A model generated the notes under the pieces. That model searched no databases. It saw only the letters and a list, made by a program, of their open reading frames with translations, and was not told where the DNA came from. This document shows positions 48,808 through 59,174 of a stretch of 64,000 nt of DNA, piece after piece. The first letter of the stretch is position 1; each line of letters opens with the position of its first letter. A program made the translations under genes and the position numbers. Origin of the DNA: an uncultured Nitrospiraceae bacterium. Lineage in GTDB: Bacteria > Nitrospirota > Thermodesulfovibrionia > Thermodesulfovibrionales > SM23-35. The stretch spans positions 864,001-928,000 of the forward strand of contig CAVSHB010000001.1 of the NCBI GenBank assembly GCA_963727775.1, read 5' to 3'.

Positions 48808-50134
48808 TAATTCTCTCCACCCTGCTTCTTATTGACCCCTGGTATAACTTTGTCTGTATTATATCCCATTCGGATAATTCAGAGACGCGCGTTATCGCTT
48901 TGTTATTCAGGTAGGTTATACTGTATCCCCTTTTCAAAACGTTAATAGGGTCAAGCAATCTTATGTCCTGCTCTAAATGTTTTATTCTATCGGCCTGAGT
49001 CTGTAATAATGATTTCACCGATGAACCCAATTTGTTCCTATCAATATCGATTCTGTTGCTGCCGGCAATGACAGTCCGATTAGTCCCGTTGATCAAGCGA
49101 TGGATGGCTGTATGGAGCCTTTTATCCTCTGTGTGAAATCTCCCACCCGTGATGCGGGCGAAACTCTGGACGATACTCTGAAGCCTGTGATTTTCTTCCT
49201 TCATGAAGTCTTTGGTCCTATGTATCAATCTTCGCTCCAAGTCCGATAGATTTTCCTCAAAAGTCCTGCAGCCGTCAATGATGAACCCCGCAACAGCGGT
49301 CGGCGTCTTCAGCCTTGTATGCGCGACAATATCGACAACCGTGTCATCTCTTTCGTGCCCGATGCCTGTAATAACCGGCAAGGGGAACTTTGCCACTTCG
49401 GCAGCGAGCCTGTAGCTGTCAAAACAGCTCAGGTCCACCTGGGATCCCCCACCCCTGATGATTACCACAATATCGTAAAGACCGGCTTTCCCTTTGATAT
49501 TGGACAATGCCGAGATGATGGACTCCTCTGCGTCCCGTCCCTGCATGAGGGACTGATACAGCTCATGATATATCCTGTAGCCGTAAGGATTGTTTTCTAT
49601 ATGGTTTATAAAGTCTCCGTAGCCCGCTGCGGTTGAAGATGACACAACGGCGATCCTTTGCGGGACTAACGGCAGGGACAGGGTTTTATTGAGATCCATG
49701 AGGCCTTCCTTCTTCAGTCTCTCTATGGTCTCTTTCTTTTTCTTTGCCATCTCGCCGAGTGAATAGGTGGGGTCGATGTCTTTGATGTTTAAGCTCAGGC
49801 CGTAGACTTCATGAAACGTAACGTCCGCCGAAAGCAATACCTGCATCCCTTTTTTTAATGTTTCTCCGGTAGCCATCTCGAATCTGTGGGAGATATTCCG
49901 GTAGGTGTATGCCCATATGTTTGCCTTCATCTGGGCTATCACGGAATCATCCTTTTTTTCTACGAGTTCAAGATAACAATGCCCTTTTGTGTTACCCCGA
50001 ACTTCCGATATTTCGGCAATGACCCACACGGCCTCAGGGAAAGTAAGTTCAACTGTTTCTCTGATTGCGGTATTGAGTTCTGAAAGACTGTATGTATGAT
50101 GATTTTGAAAAAGGTCTTCGGGTAAATTCGCCAT
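48794..50134 (-). CDS. xseA: Exodeoxyribonuclease VII large subunit
   Basis: GHCYLEL, IIRGGGS, TGIGHERD, TPTAVA, LKRGYSI. Confidence 0.95.
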   Translation of the reverse strand: MANLPEDLFQNHHTYSLSELNTAIRETVELTFPEAVWVIAEISEVRGNTKGHCYLELVEKKDDSVIAQMKANIWAYTYRNISHRFEMATGETLKKGMQVLLSADVTFHEVYGLSLNIKDIDPTYSLGEMAKKKKETIERLKKEGLMDLNKTLSLPLVPQRIAVVSSSTAAGYGDFINHIENNPYGYRIYHELYQSLMQGRDAEESIISALSNIKGKAGLYDIVVIIRGGGSQVDLSCFDSYRLAAEVAKFPLPVITGIGHERDDTVVDIVAHTRLKTPTAVAGFIIDGCRTFEENLSDLERRLIHRTKDFMKEENHRLQSIVQSFARITGGRFHTEDKRLHTAIHRLINGTNRTVIAGSNRIDIDRNKLGSSVKSLLQTQADRIKHLEQDIRLLDPINVLKRGYSITYLNNKAITRVSELSEWDIIQTKLYQGSIRSRVERINEEE

Positions 50135-50683
50135 CTATCTGCCCAATATGTGATCTAAAATATCGCTCAGATTGTTAAAGAGCCTGAGGTCGTTGTTTGC
50201 CAATCCCCTGTTCCACGGGAACAATAATCCTGTCCCCTTGGCTCCACTCGCTAAAGCCTTTTCCAGCACATCCGGAGAGTCATCTATCACGACATCGACG
50301 GCGCCAAACAGGTCGGTCTTATGAAATGAAAGGTGCAGCTCATCATATACAAGCCCATGATTTTCAAGCCACTTCCTGGTCTGTTTCCTGTAATCGGGGG
50401 ACCTATGGCTCGCTATCGTGATGTGATAATCGTTTTCCCTGAGCTTGATTAGAAAATCTCTGGCTTCGGGATAAGGCAAGAAGCCGTCGCTGTCCTGATT
50501 AAAATGAATTACATTTACAGCTCTATAAAAATCCTGCTCGGAACAATATCCCTGCCAGAGGTCCCAGTCTGTCCAACCGTCCGGCGCAGGGAAGTTCTCA
50601 TTGACCCTCTTCAGTTCCTCATAAAGCGCGTCGCAAAACTGCCACAAGGTGTTATCTATGTCAACGATTGCCGTCTTATGCAT
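50135..50683 (-). CDS. HAD-family 5'(3')-deoxyribonucleotidase-like protein
   Basis: VDIDNTL, ASHR, K, VIDDSP, PWNR. Confidence 0.8.
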   Translation of the reverse strand: MHKTAIVDIDNTLWQFCDALYEELKRVNENFPAPDGWTDWDLWQGYCSEQDFYRAVNVIHFNQDSDGFLPYPEARDFLIKLRENDYHITIASHRSPDYRKQTRKWLENHGLVYDELHLSFHKTDLFGAVDVVIDDSPDVLEKALASGAKGTGLLFPWNRGLANNDLRLFNNLSDILDHILGR

Positions 50684-51267
50684 TTTATATCTCCAATCCA
50701 TTTATTAATAATATAAACCAAAAAGCCTTATAATTGTATTTATCAGGCGGTACGATCAAGCAGGGTCTTGAGATGGTTCTTAGGAGGTATCAATTGAGTA
50801 ACAGAGTCTGTCCCTGGTGGTTAGGTTATTTGTTGGCGAGTCCATTGAGACGTTTTTTGCAGGACCCCGAAGGGATTGTGAGACCATATGTTAAGGAAGG
50901 CATGAGTGTCTTGGATATCGGCTGTGGCATGGGATTTTTTTCTTTACCATTGGCGAAGCTGGTGGGCGAGACAGGCAAAGTTGTCTGTCTCGATTTACAG
51001 GAGAAAATGATTAAAGGTCTCATAAGGAGAGCTCAAAAGATCAGATTATCTGACAGAATTGACGCGCGAATCTGTCTTCAGAACTCTCTTGGGGTGAGTG
51101 ACATTGCCGGTAAAATCGATTTCGCGCTGGCCTTTGCGTTAGTTCATGAGGTGCCTGATAAGGAACGTTTGTTTACCGAAATATACAATACAATGAAGCA
51201 GACTGCAGAATTGTTGGTGGCAGAGCCCAAGGGACATGTATCAAAACCGGATTTTGAGAAAACCGTT

Positions 51268-52650
51268 GATAGCGTAAGATCAATTCTGCAAATATGAATC
51301 AGGGTATAATTCTCAATGGAAAAAGCAATCTCTCAAAGAGAGAAAGGAGAATTATACCCATGAGAAGAATTTTATCAAAGAAGGCGAAAAAAGTCATTGA
51401 GGATGGAGTGCAGGAGTTTATGGCGATGCCCCCGTTAGCGGAGTTGACGAGGATCGGAGCGAGGATGATGTTAGAGTCGGCGATGGAAGAAGAAGTGACG
51501 GCATATCTTCAGAGAGACTATTATGAGAGGAATGCCTGCGCTAAAGGAAGCCGGAGTGGATCGAAGCCCAGAACCGTGAAGATCGGTAGCGGTGATATAG
51601 GGCTAAAGATGCCGCAGGTAAGGAATGCCGGTGGCCCATTTCATTCCCGGATATTGCCGCCACGGATGACCCAGATGGATGAAATACAGGAAATCATCCC
51701 TCTTTTGTATATGAACGGCCTGTCCAGCAGGAAGGTAAAGAAAGCTGTGGGTAAACTCATAGGCAAGAAAGGCCTGAGCCATCAGAATGTCATAAGGATC
51801 AGCGGCAGGATCGTCGATGAGTTCAATGCATGGAAGAAGCGGGACTTATCGATGCTGCAGGTGGTGTATCTTGTTCTGGACGGCGTACGGATGGGAGTAA
51901 GGGCCGGGACCAAGGAGAAAGAGGCGGTGCTGGTGGCCTGGGCGTTTCTGGAGGACGGCAGCCGGGAGCTCGTGGGCGTGTCCCTTGGCAACAGTGAATC
52001 GTACAATGCGTGGAAAGGTTTTCTGGAGGATCTCACGAAACGGGGCATAAGTGAACCAATGCTCACGGTTATCGATGGCTGTCCCGGCCTTATCAAGGCG
52101 GTGGATGAAGTCTTCCCTGAATCAGACAAACAGCGCTGCACGAAGCACAGGACTGAAAACGTGCTGGATAAAGTACTGGAACAGGACAAGGCATCAGTAA
52201 AAGAGTCAGTAAGGAAGGTGTTTTACGCCTCGACCTATGAGCACGCAAAGGAGGCCGTGGAAATGTTCAAGAAGAAGTGGCGCATGAAATATCCTTCGGC
52301 AGTGGAATGCCTGACTGAAAATATAGAAGACTGTCTGACCTATTACAAATATCCTTACCAGCACTGGCTTAGAATTCGGACGACCAATATAGTGGAGAGG
52401 AGCTTCAAGGAGGTGAAGCGAAGGGTAAAGGTAGCAGGCCGGTTTCAGAAGGAGGAGCGTGCGCTCACCATGGTTTACTGGCAGCTCCACGAACTTAGAT
52501 GGAACGGTGTAAGCATGACCAAGGAGGCAAAGGCAATCCTTACGAGGATCCGGGCATCAAGGATGCAAAGGGTTGCGGCATAATCGTATCAATGAAAACC
52601 CTTGAGAATAAAGCCCTGAAGAGAATTTACAGAAAAGACTTGACACTGTC
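51268..52650 (+). mobile_element. IS256-family insertion sequence
   Basis: Imperfect TIRs GATAGCGTAAGA...CTGCAAAT / rc GACAGTGTCAAG...CTGTAAAT; 8-bp TSD AAACCGTT at 51260-51267 and 52651-52658. Confidence 0.93.
51360..52583 (+). CDS. IS256-family transposase
   Basis: LDG, IDGCPGL, QRCTKH, RTTNIVER. Confidence 0.93.
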   Translation: MRRILSKKAKKVIEDGVQEFMAMPPLAELTRIGARMMLESAMEEEVTAYLQRDYYERNACAKGSRSGSKPRTVKIGSGDIGLKMPQVRNAGGPFHSRILPPRMTQMDEIQEIIPLLYMNGLSSRKVKKAVGKLIGKKGLSHQNVIRISGRIVDEFNAWKKRDLSMLQVVYLVLDGVRMGVRAGTKEKEAVLVAWAFLEDGSRELVGVSLGNSESYNAWKGFLEDLTKRGISEPMLTVIDGCPGLIKAVDEVFPESDKQRCTKHRTENVLDKVLEQDKASVKESVRKVFYASTYEHAKEAVEMFKKKWRMKYPSAVECLTENIEDCLTYYKYPYQHWLRIRTTNIVERSFKEVKRRVKVAGRFQKEERALTMVYWQLHELRWNGVSMTKEAKAILTRIRASRMQRVAA

Positions 52651-52754
52651 AAACCGTTTCCATTGCTCAAAGTGCGGGCTTTGAAGTTTCACGTGACTTA
52701 AAAATAAAAAGAAGTCGTGCCGTCTTGTTGCGAACGCGGTGAGACTCGTCTCCC

Positions 52755-54209
52755 TCAGCTGGGGTAAGTTCCGACTAAGACTTTTAATCCACGGCTTCTG
52801 CTTGGATGTTTGAGTTTTCTCAATGCTTTTGCCTCTATTTGTCTGACCCTCTCACGAGTAATGGAAAAATGGTTCCCGACTTCTTCAAGTGTGCAGTCTT
52901 TTTCGCATGCGATACCAAATCTCATCCTAATAATCTCAGCCTCTCTGGGAGATAGAGTATTAAGGACCTTCAGTATATGCTCTGTAACATCATTCTTTTC
53001 CGTATTGGCATATGGGGAAGGGCTATCTTTATCACAGATAACATCACCTATCGTTGAACCTTCATCCCCTATAGGAGTTTGGAGAGCTATTGTGTCACGC
53101 ACTGCTGTGAATACTTCCTCGAGTTTTCCTATCGGCACTTCCAATCTTTTCGCAAGTTCTTCTTTGCTCGGATCTCTTCCGAGCTTCTGTCTTAATTCAG
53201 TGGACGCTTTGGTAGCCTTACTATAAAAGTCAGCCGCATGTACCGGAACTCTGATAGTTTTTGCCTGATCCATTAATCCCCTCGTTATGCCCTGCCTTAT
53301 CCACCATGTTGCATAGGTGCTGAATTTGAACCCCTTTTTATAGTCAAACTTATCTATAGACCTCATGAGACCTATATTCCCTTCCTGAATCAGATCCAGC
53401 AGATTCAATCCCCTTCCTATATAGTGCTTCGCTATATTAATTACCAATCTCAGGTTGTGAGTTATTAATTCATTCTTGGCTTCACTAACAAGGATTCCCG
53501 CCCTGGTTATTCTGTCCCAATTAGCTTTCAATCGGTCAATCTTAATCCCCACCTCTGATTCAACACGCTTATACTCATCCTCAACTTCCTTTGCAAGGGT
53601 AATAAGTTGTATAGAATTGATATCCTGTTTCTTTTTGTCTTTAATTATTTTTTTTAAGTTTTTTAAAGTCCCATATCTTGTAATCTTTCTATCCGCTATT
53701 TCTATTTTTGCCATGAGATCGTCAAGGACCTTTAAGCTTATTACCAATGCTTTATCTGCTTTCTCTTCTTCGGAATTGTTCATGTCCTCTTCGTCTTTTC
53801 CCTCTAAATTCATTTCAGTTCTCTTATATAAAGGCAACGAAGTAATTATCCCTTTAATAATCTCTTTCCCTTCTTCCAATCTTTTGGCAAGCTCTATTTC
53901 TTCGGCCTTTTTAAGTATTGCGATGTTTCCCATCGAATGAAAATATGTTTGGACAATATCCTCTGTTTTTTCATGCTCCTCTTCTTCCTCTGAAGCCAGG
54001 ACTTCTTCTGCAAACGGATCATGATCCTGATCGTCTATAACTTCAACTCCCGCATCATGCAGAAGATCAATCAGTTCTTCCATTTCATCCGTAGAAAAAT
54101 ATTCTGAAGGAACGGCAGCATTTATCTCTGCATAGGTAAGCTTTCCGGAACTCTTGCCTCTATCCATAAGCTCTTCAAAAATCTCTTCAATCGTATCATC
54201 TTTTTCCAT
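52755..54209 (-). CDS. RpoD-like sigma70 factor paralog with region 1.1
   Basis: GKLTYAEIN, NLRLVINIAKHY, DLIQEGNIGL, STYATWWIRQ, TLEEVG...TRERVRQIE; AAGGAG RBS before ATG 54209. Confidence 0.92.
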   Translation of the reverse strand: MEKDDTIEEIFEELMDRGKSSGKLTYAEINAAVPSEYFSTDEMEELIDLLHDAGVEVIDDQDHDPFAEEVLASEEEEEHEKTEDIVQTYFHSMGNIAILKKAEEIELAKRLEEGKEIIKGIITSLPLYKRTEMNLEGKDEEDMNNSEEEKADKALVISLKVLDDLMAKIEIADRKITRYGTLKNLKKIIKDKKKQDINSIQLITLAKEVEDEYKRVESEVGIKIDRLKANWDRITRAGILVSEAKNELITHNLRLVINIAKHYIGRGLNLLDLIQEGNIGLMRSIDKFDYKKGFKFSTYATWWIRQGITRGLMDQAKTIRVPVHAADFYSKATKASTELRQKLGRDPSKEELAKRLEVPIGKLEEVFTAVRDTIALQTPIGDEGSTIGDVICDKDSPSPYANTEKNDVTEHILKVLNTLSPREAEIIRMRFGIACEKDCTLEEVGNHFSITRERVRQIEAKALRKLKHPSRSRGLKVLVGTYPS

Positions 54210-54483
54210 AGTACTCCTTAAAACAAATTTATTGCTGTTACCCGTGTGAGAAGAATATCCGTCGAGTTTGTTGGTGTATTCCCTTTTGAGCTTGCAACAG
54301 GAGTGAAATAGATAAGGGTTAGACCATGAGAAGCTCACTTACTATTGTACCAAGAATAGTGATTTAATGTTGTATTAGGTCCTTATAATGATTTCAGCTC
54401 CGGGTTAAATTAGGCAAAGGTGATGGTAACGCCGGTCTGCCGGGATATCCCCGGGGCTGCATTTGCATGGTCAGGCCGCCGCG

Positions 54484-55116
54484 CTACTTCGTTATTATTG
54501 ACTTCAACCATTTATACGGTATCAGCATGGACACCCTTTTCTGATAGGCGCGGTATTTTCCCCCAAATTCCCTTACCAGTTTTTTTTCTTCCAGATAAGT
54601 TCCTACAAGCAAATAGGATGTAAGTATCGCATTTACAAGGATTGCGGAGATGTCCAGCGGCCTTGCCCAGATAAGGAGCATACTTGCGAGATACCAGGGA
54701 TGTCGTATGATACTCAGGACACCCGAAGTGTCCAACTCTCCGGCATCGGCTATACCCTTCTTCGAGGTCCTTTCTCGTATCTGTCTGAATCCCAGGAATT
54801 GGGCTGCATCATAGTGGCATGCTCCGAGGAAGAACAATAAAGCAGCTGTTCCCAGTAAGAGAACCTGGATTATCCGCATATATCCATCCCAACGGAATAT
54901 CGGTTCAGTTCGTGCAGAGGATGCATACAAGACTACAGGTATCAGGGTTAGAGCTGAGACCACGTTGAAGAACAGTCGATAAAACCGAAATGTGTGACCC
55001 AGCCTTTTATGAAGATATTCCGTCACCGATATCGATATCAGTGCGCTGTGCAAAACGCACCAGGCAATAACAAGCAAGGAAAGGACGATGTATTTCATGT
55101 AATTTATTGGCTCCAT
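54484..55116 (-). CDS. Isoprenylcysteine carboxyl-methyltransferase/NnrU-like membrane protein
   Basis: Multiple TMs, IRHPWY, EEKKLVREFG..YRAYQKRV. Confidence 0.85.
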   Translation of the reverse strand: MEPINYMKYIVLSLLVIAWCVLHSALISISVTEYLHKRLGHTFRFYRLFFNVVSALTLIPVVLYASSARTEPIFRWDGYMRIIQVLLLGTAALLFFLGACHYDAAQFLGFRQIRERTSKKGIADAGELDTSGVLSIIRHPWYLASMLLIWARPLDISAILVNAILTSYLLVGTYLEEKKLVREFGGKYRAYQKRVSMLIPYKWLKSIITK

Positions 55117-55164
55117 GACCAGGTTATAATACGAAAACGCCTGCTAACTCTCTGAAGCTTGGGC

Positions 55165-55385
55165 TTGTGGGCGTGAGCTTATGAATGTAACGCACGAGAC
55201 TCAAGAGATAGCTGTCTTTGTCGCAGAGATAGGATTTATATCGCCCCTGAAATAAGTGTCCGACCTTCTCATATTTCCTGTTGAAATACTGTGTATAGGT
55301 AAAATTGATCATCTGCATGATGCGCGATATCGGGTCATTGGGTGTCTCGATCAGGAGATGAACGTGATTAGTCATGAGAACATAT
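55165..55385 (-). pseudogene. REP-associated tyrosine transposase (RAYT/Y1) internal fragment
   Basis: YVLMTNHVHLL (HUH), GHLFQGRYKS, LVRYIH; both ends missing; boundaries approximate. Confidence 0.85.
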
Positions 55386-55487
55386 GTTCTGGCTGGGGTT
55401 CCACCACCATGAATGGCGGCTACCTTCTCTGATAAATTCACATCTTTGTGACCGCAGAAGATACTTCAGCAGTTCACTGCGCTTCAT
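55386..55487 (-). pseudogene. Truncated HicA toxin
   Basis: Hand translation MKRSELLKYLLRSQRCEFIREGSRHSWWWNPSQN, then junction into the RAYT fragment; ATG overlaps the hicB stop. Confidence 0.75.
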
Positions 55488-55696
55488 ACCGCGATTTTTT
55501 CTTCTTTATATCCTGAACCTACAGCGGCGATAGCGTCCTTTCGGTTAAAGTCAAGGGCCTCTTTCAGGGTTAGCCGAAGGCTTTTAAGCAGTTCGTCATA
55601 CGTTCCTTCCTGACAGTTTACACCCGGAATTTCCTCTATCCATCCAATCCACCAATTACCTGATTGCTTTATTACTGTTGTATATTCTGCATTCAT
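55484..55696 (-). CDS. HicB-family antitoxin (cassette 9)
   Basis: YTTVIKQSGNWWIGWIEEIPGVNCQ. Confidence 0.85.
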   Translation of the reverse strand: MNAEYTTVIKQSGNWWIGWIEEIPGVNCQEGTYDELLKSLRLTLKEALDFNRKDAIAAVGSGYKEEKIAV

Positions 55697-55760
55697 AATT
55701 TACCTCCTTATACAAACCATTATAACGTAACATGGGAAACTTTTGGCATCATTCTATTTG

Positions 55761-55820
55761 CTATAACGATGGAAATATACGGCAGAGCAAAGCGGAGTCC
55801 GCATGATTGATTTGTTAAGC
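55761..55820 (-). repeat. attC site 8
   Basis: Minus strand GCTTAAC...GTTATAG, 60 bp; antitoxin stop TAA lies in the R'' box. Confidence 0.75.
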
Positions 55821-56099
55821 CCTTTTTTTCTCTAATAAGTATCCTGATACGTATTTATGAATGATACTGGATATTAATGTTTGGTAAGGAATTCCCTCCT
55901 GTGCAGCAATGACTTGCACCTGATCCAAATCTTTTGATGACATCCGAATATTTATTCTCTTGTCTTTTTGCAGTGTGTTCCTTGCGTACTCCTGTAATTT
56001 CTTAATTTCCGCCTTTGGATTCTTAACAGGTTTCCATTCTCCACGCTCATATGAATCAAGAATATCTTTTTCTTCTGCATCTAATATTATCTTTTTCAT
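55815..56099 (-). CDS. Antitoxin, BrnA/CopG-like (cassette 8)
   Basis: KDKRINIRMS, EGIPYQTLISS. Confidence 0.85.
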   Translation of the reverse strand: MKKIILDAEEKDILDSYERGEWKPVKNPKAEIKKLQEYARNTLQKDKRINIRMSSKDLDQVQVIAAQEGIPYQTLISSIIHKYVSGYLLEKKRA

Positions 56100-56374
56100 T
56101 TTTTTGACCTCATATATTTGTTTGTAGCTTTTCTGCTGGGAATTATGGTTTTTAAAAATATCTCGTCGCTTTCCTGAACATAAGGAACGAGATAGGCATA
56201 ATCATCAATCATGACTGTCGCTATTTTTTGACCCGGATATTTATTTTGATTTGGGTGTTCAATTGTTTCCAGAATATCTTCCCTTTCCATCAAAATAACG
56301 ACTTGTTCAAAACAAACACCTCTGCTGTTTTTCAATAATTCATTCTTTTCATTGTCCCATCGGAAAACCTTCAT
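56096..56374 (-). CDS. BrnT-like toxin (cassette 8)
   Basis: FRWDNEKN, RGVCFE, FLKTIIPSRKAT. Confidence 0.85.
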   Translation of the reverse strand: MKVFRWDNEKNELLKNSRGVCFEQVVILMEREDILETIEHPNQNKYPGQKIATVMIDDYAYLVPYVQESDEIFLKTIIPSRKATNKYMRSKK

Positions 56375-56422
56375 GATATATAATTACGACATTGTGTGCC
56401 TTTTGTCAATATTATTTTCCGG

Positions 56423-56510
56423 GATTAACGCGGCACTAAGCCGCCCGGCTACAAGCCTTTACCAACTCAAAACGGTGTTAATCCGGGTCGGCTTGAGTGA
56501 TTCGTTATGT
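56423..56510 (-). repeat. attC site 7
   Basis: Minus strand ACATAAC...GTTAATC, 88 bp, internal imperfect inverted repeat. Confidence 0.8.
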
Positions 56511-56513
56511 GGC

Positions 56514-56771
56514 TCACTTGTATACATCTCGTCTATGTCCAACTTTAACAACTATAATATGTAATTCGCGGTCGGAAACTGAATAGATTATTCTGTAAAC
56601 TCCCTGCCGAATTCTGTATCTGTTTTCTCCTGTTAATTTTTCACATCCTTGGGGTCGGGGTGTATTCGCCAGTCCCTGAATCTTCTGAATTATCCGGAGG
56701 CGATCTTTTCGTGGAATGTTCTCAATTTCTTTGACTGCGGATGGCTTGATGAGGATATTATATTTTGCCAC
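56514..56771 (-). CDS. RelE/ParE-family toxin (cassette 7)
   Basis: PRPQGCEKL, YRIRQGVYRIIY, VGHRRDVY. Confidence 0.92.
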   Translation of the reverse strand: MAKYNILIKPSAVKEIENIPRKDRLRIIQKIQGLANTPRPQGCEKLTGENRYRIRQGVYRIIYSVSDRELHIIVVKVGHRRDVYK

Positions 56772-56991
56772 GCCTCTTCAGGTCCTTGAGAACTTCCTCA
56801 AATGACAGGTTAGTCTCATGTGCCCTTTCTGCAAACGCAGCGATGTCTTCTGCATCTTCCGCGAAGACGATTCGGATTGCCTCATTGACGATATCAGAGA
56901 CAGAACTATCAGTTTCAGCGGCTTTTAGACGAAGAGCCTTATGGATCTGGGGGTCAAAATAAATTGTTGATTTCTTGGCTATTGTTTTCAT
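56758..56991 (-). CDS. CopG/RHH antitoxin (cassette 7)
   Basis: STIYFDPQIHKALRLKAAE..SVSDIVNEAI; upstream TTGACG-17-TATCTT promoter. Confidence 0.88.
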   Translation of the reverse strand: MKTIAKKSTIYFDPQIHKALRLKAAETDSSVSDIVNEAIRIVFAEDAEDIAAFAERAHETNLSFEEVLKDLKRRGKI

Positions 56992-57266
56992 GTTTTTAAG
57001 ATACCATCATGAAGGCAAAGCGTCAAGACGCAAAATTATTAATTTGCATCATAAAATGGGGACGGTTCTAATTTATCTCATTGCCGGTCTTTCTCGGCCT
57101 GCCTACCGGGCGTATCACTGCTTTCATTCTATATCTGGCCCCCACTGTCTTAACTAACTCTTCGTCACCATACACAGCCCGCTTTCTCATTACCCCTTTC
57201 ATCGCATCCTTTTCTTTAAGCAGCCCTTTCACGAATTCCCGATAGCTTCTTCGTCGTTCGTTTTCC

Positions 57267-58355
57267 TCATCCGCTATTTAGTGTCCCACTAACGGCTTTA
57301 CAATGAACGACCTTTTCCAAGATGGCATCGACCTTTTTCGTCCAGACAAACGGCTTGGGACTCTCGTTGTTGATCTGGATGAAGTCTTCTATTGCAGCAA
57401 CAAGTTCCGAAACACTGCGAAAAACTCCACAGCGAATGCGTTTCCGTGTGATCTCTCCGAACCATCTCTCCACCAGATTCAACCATGAGGAACTGGTCGG
57501 CGTGAAATGAAGGTGAAATCGGGGATGTTTTTTCAGCCATGCTTTAACCTTGGGATGGTTGTGCGTACCATAATTATCCAGAATCATATGGACGCCCAAT
57601 TCCGAGGGTACGGTGGCGTCGATCTGTCGCAGGAATTTCCGAAATTCGATGTTGCGATGCCTCGGATAACAGGAGCCAATAACTTTTCCCTCCAGCACAT
57701 TCAACGCCGCGAACAGACACGTAGTGCCATTGCGCTTATAGTCATGGGTCATGGTTCGGCAGCGCCCTTTCTTCATCGGCAAGCCGGGTTGTGTCCGATC
57801 CAACGCTTGAACTTGGCTCTTCTCGTCAACACACAGCACCACCGCCTTGTCCGGCGGATTCAAGTACACTCCCACCACGTCCGTCAGTTTTTCAACAAAC
57901 CGCTTGTCCTTGGATAACTTGAATGTCTCAACGCGATGAGGCTGAAGACCGTGCGCGTCCCATATACGTTGCACCGTGGACTTGCCGACTCCCTGAGCCC
58001 TTGCCATCGAACGCACCGACCACTGCGTGGCATCGCGAGGTGTCGTGTGGAGAGTCGCTTCGACAATGGCCTTCACCCGGTCCGGCGGAAGAGCCTGTGG
58101 ACTCGGGCCATGGGGTGCGTCCTCGGCCAATCCCATCGGTCCATGCTCTTCGAAACGTTTGCGCCATTGGATTACTGTCGGGCGGGAGGTGGACAGTTGG
58201 GCCGCGATAGCGTTGTTCGACAAGCCATCCGCCGCCAAAAGACAAATACTCGCTCGCAGTACTGCTCGCTGAGGGCTGGTCTTAGCCCGTTTCCAAGCTT
58301 CCAATGTCCTGCGCTGCTCTTTTGTCATCTCCAGAACTTCTGCTTTTTCCCACAT
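57267..58355 (-). CDS. IS630-family transposase
   Basis: CVDEKSQ, THDYKRNGT, ILDNYGTH, SSWLNLVERWF; start MWEKA. Confidence 0.9.
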   Translation of the reverse strand: MWEKAEVLEMTKEQRRTLEAWKRAKTSPQRAVLRASICLLAADGLSNNAIAAQLSTSRPTVIQWRKRFEEHGPMGLAEDAPHGPSPQALPPDRVKAIVEATLHTTPRDATQWSVRSMARAQGVGKSTVQRIWDAHGLQPHRVETFKLSKDKRFVEKLTDVVGVYLNPPDKAVVLCVDEKSQVQALDRTQPGLPMKKGRCRTMTHDYKRNGTTCLFAALNVLEGKVIGSCYPRHRNIEFRKFLRQIDATVPSELGVHMILDNYGTHNHPKVKAWLKKHPRFHLHFTPTSSSWLNLVERWFGEITRKRIRCGVFRSVSELVAAIEDFIQINNESPKPFVWTKKVDAILEKVVHCKAVSGTLNSG

Positions 58356-58414
58356 GCCATATAGCTTACCATGACAACTAATCATTGTCCAGCTTTTAGT
58401 GGGACAGTACACTA
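57279..58414 (-). mobile_element. IS630-family insertion sequence
   Basis: Ends TAGTGT(ACTGT)CCCACTAA inverted; TA termini; left end 5 bp shorter than the right. Confidence 0.88.
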
Positions 58415-58660
58415 GAATATTGTAAATTGGATGTTTGTCTGTTATCGGATCAACCTTTCCGTAGGCATATGCATTGTAACTGCTCCACCGATAATTCTTA
58501 GGGTCCTCAACTATTCTTGCCCTTACCGGATTTAACTCTACATAGCTTCCACAGGCAAGCAAATAATCGTCCTTTGATACAACGATGCTCTTGTATCTAT
58601 CCTGCCAAAAATGGCCGATGTGACTATATCTTCTTTTATAATGCTGTGCATAGGAGAGGT

Positions 58661-59156
<496 letters not shown>

Positions 59157-59174
59157 TTATTTTATTATTTTGCG

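Larger units (their letters stand above)
50794..52742 (+). pseudogene. Class I SAM-dependent methyltransferase interrupted by IS256
   Basis: VCPWW, VLDIGCGMG, VHEVPD; removing the IS restores ...EKTVSIAQSAGFEV...RTR stop at 52742. Confidence 0.88.

Noticed and set aside
54210..54420. Riboswitch in the long leader of the RpoD paralog
   Set aside because: No known aptamer consensus or terminator was recognised by eye; an Rfam search would settle it.
57267..58562. 431-aa novel fusion transposase
   Set aside because: Chance in-frame read-through from a broken RAYT into IS630.
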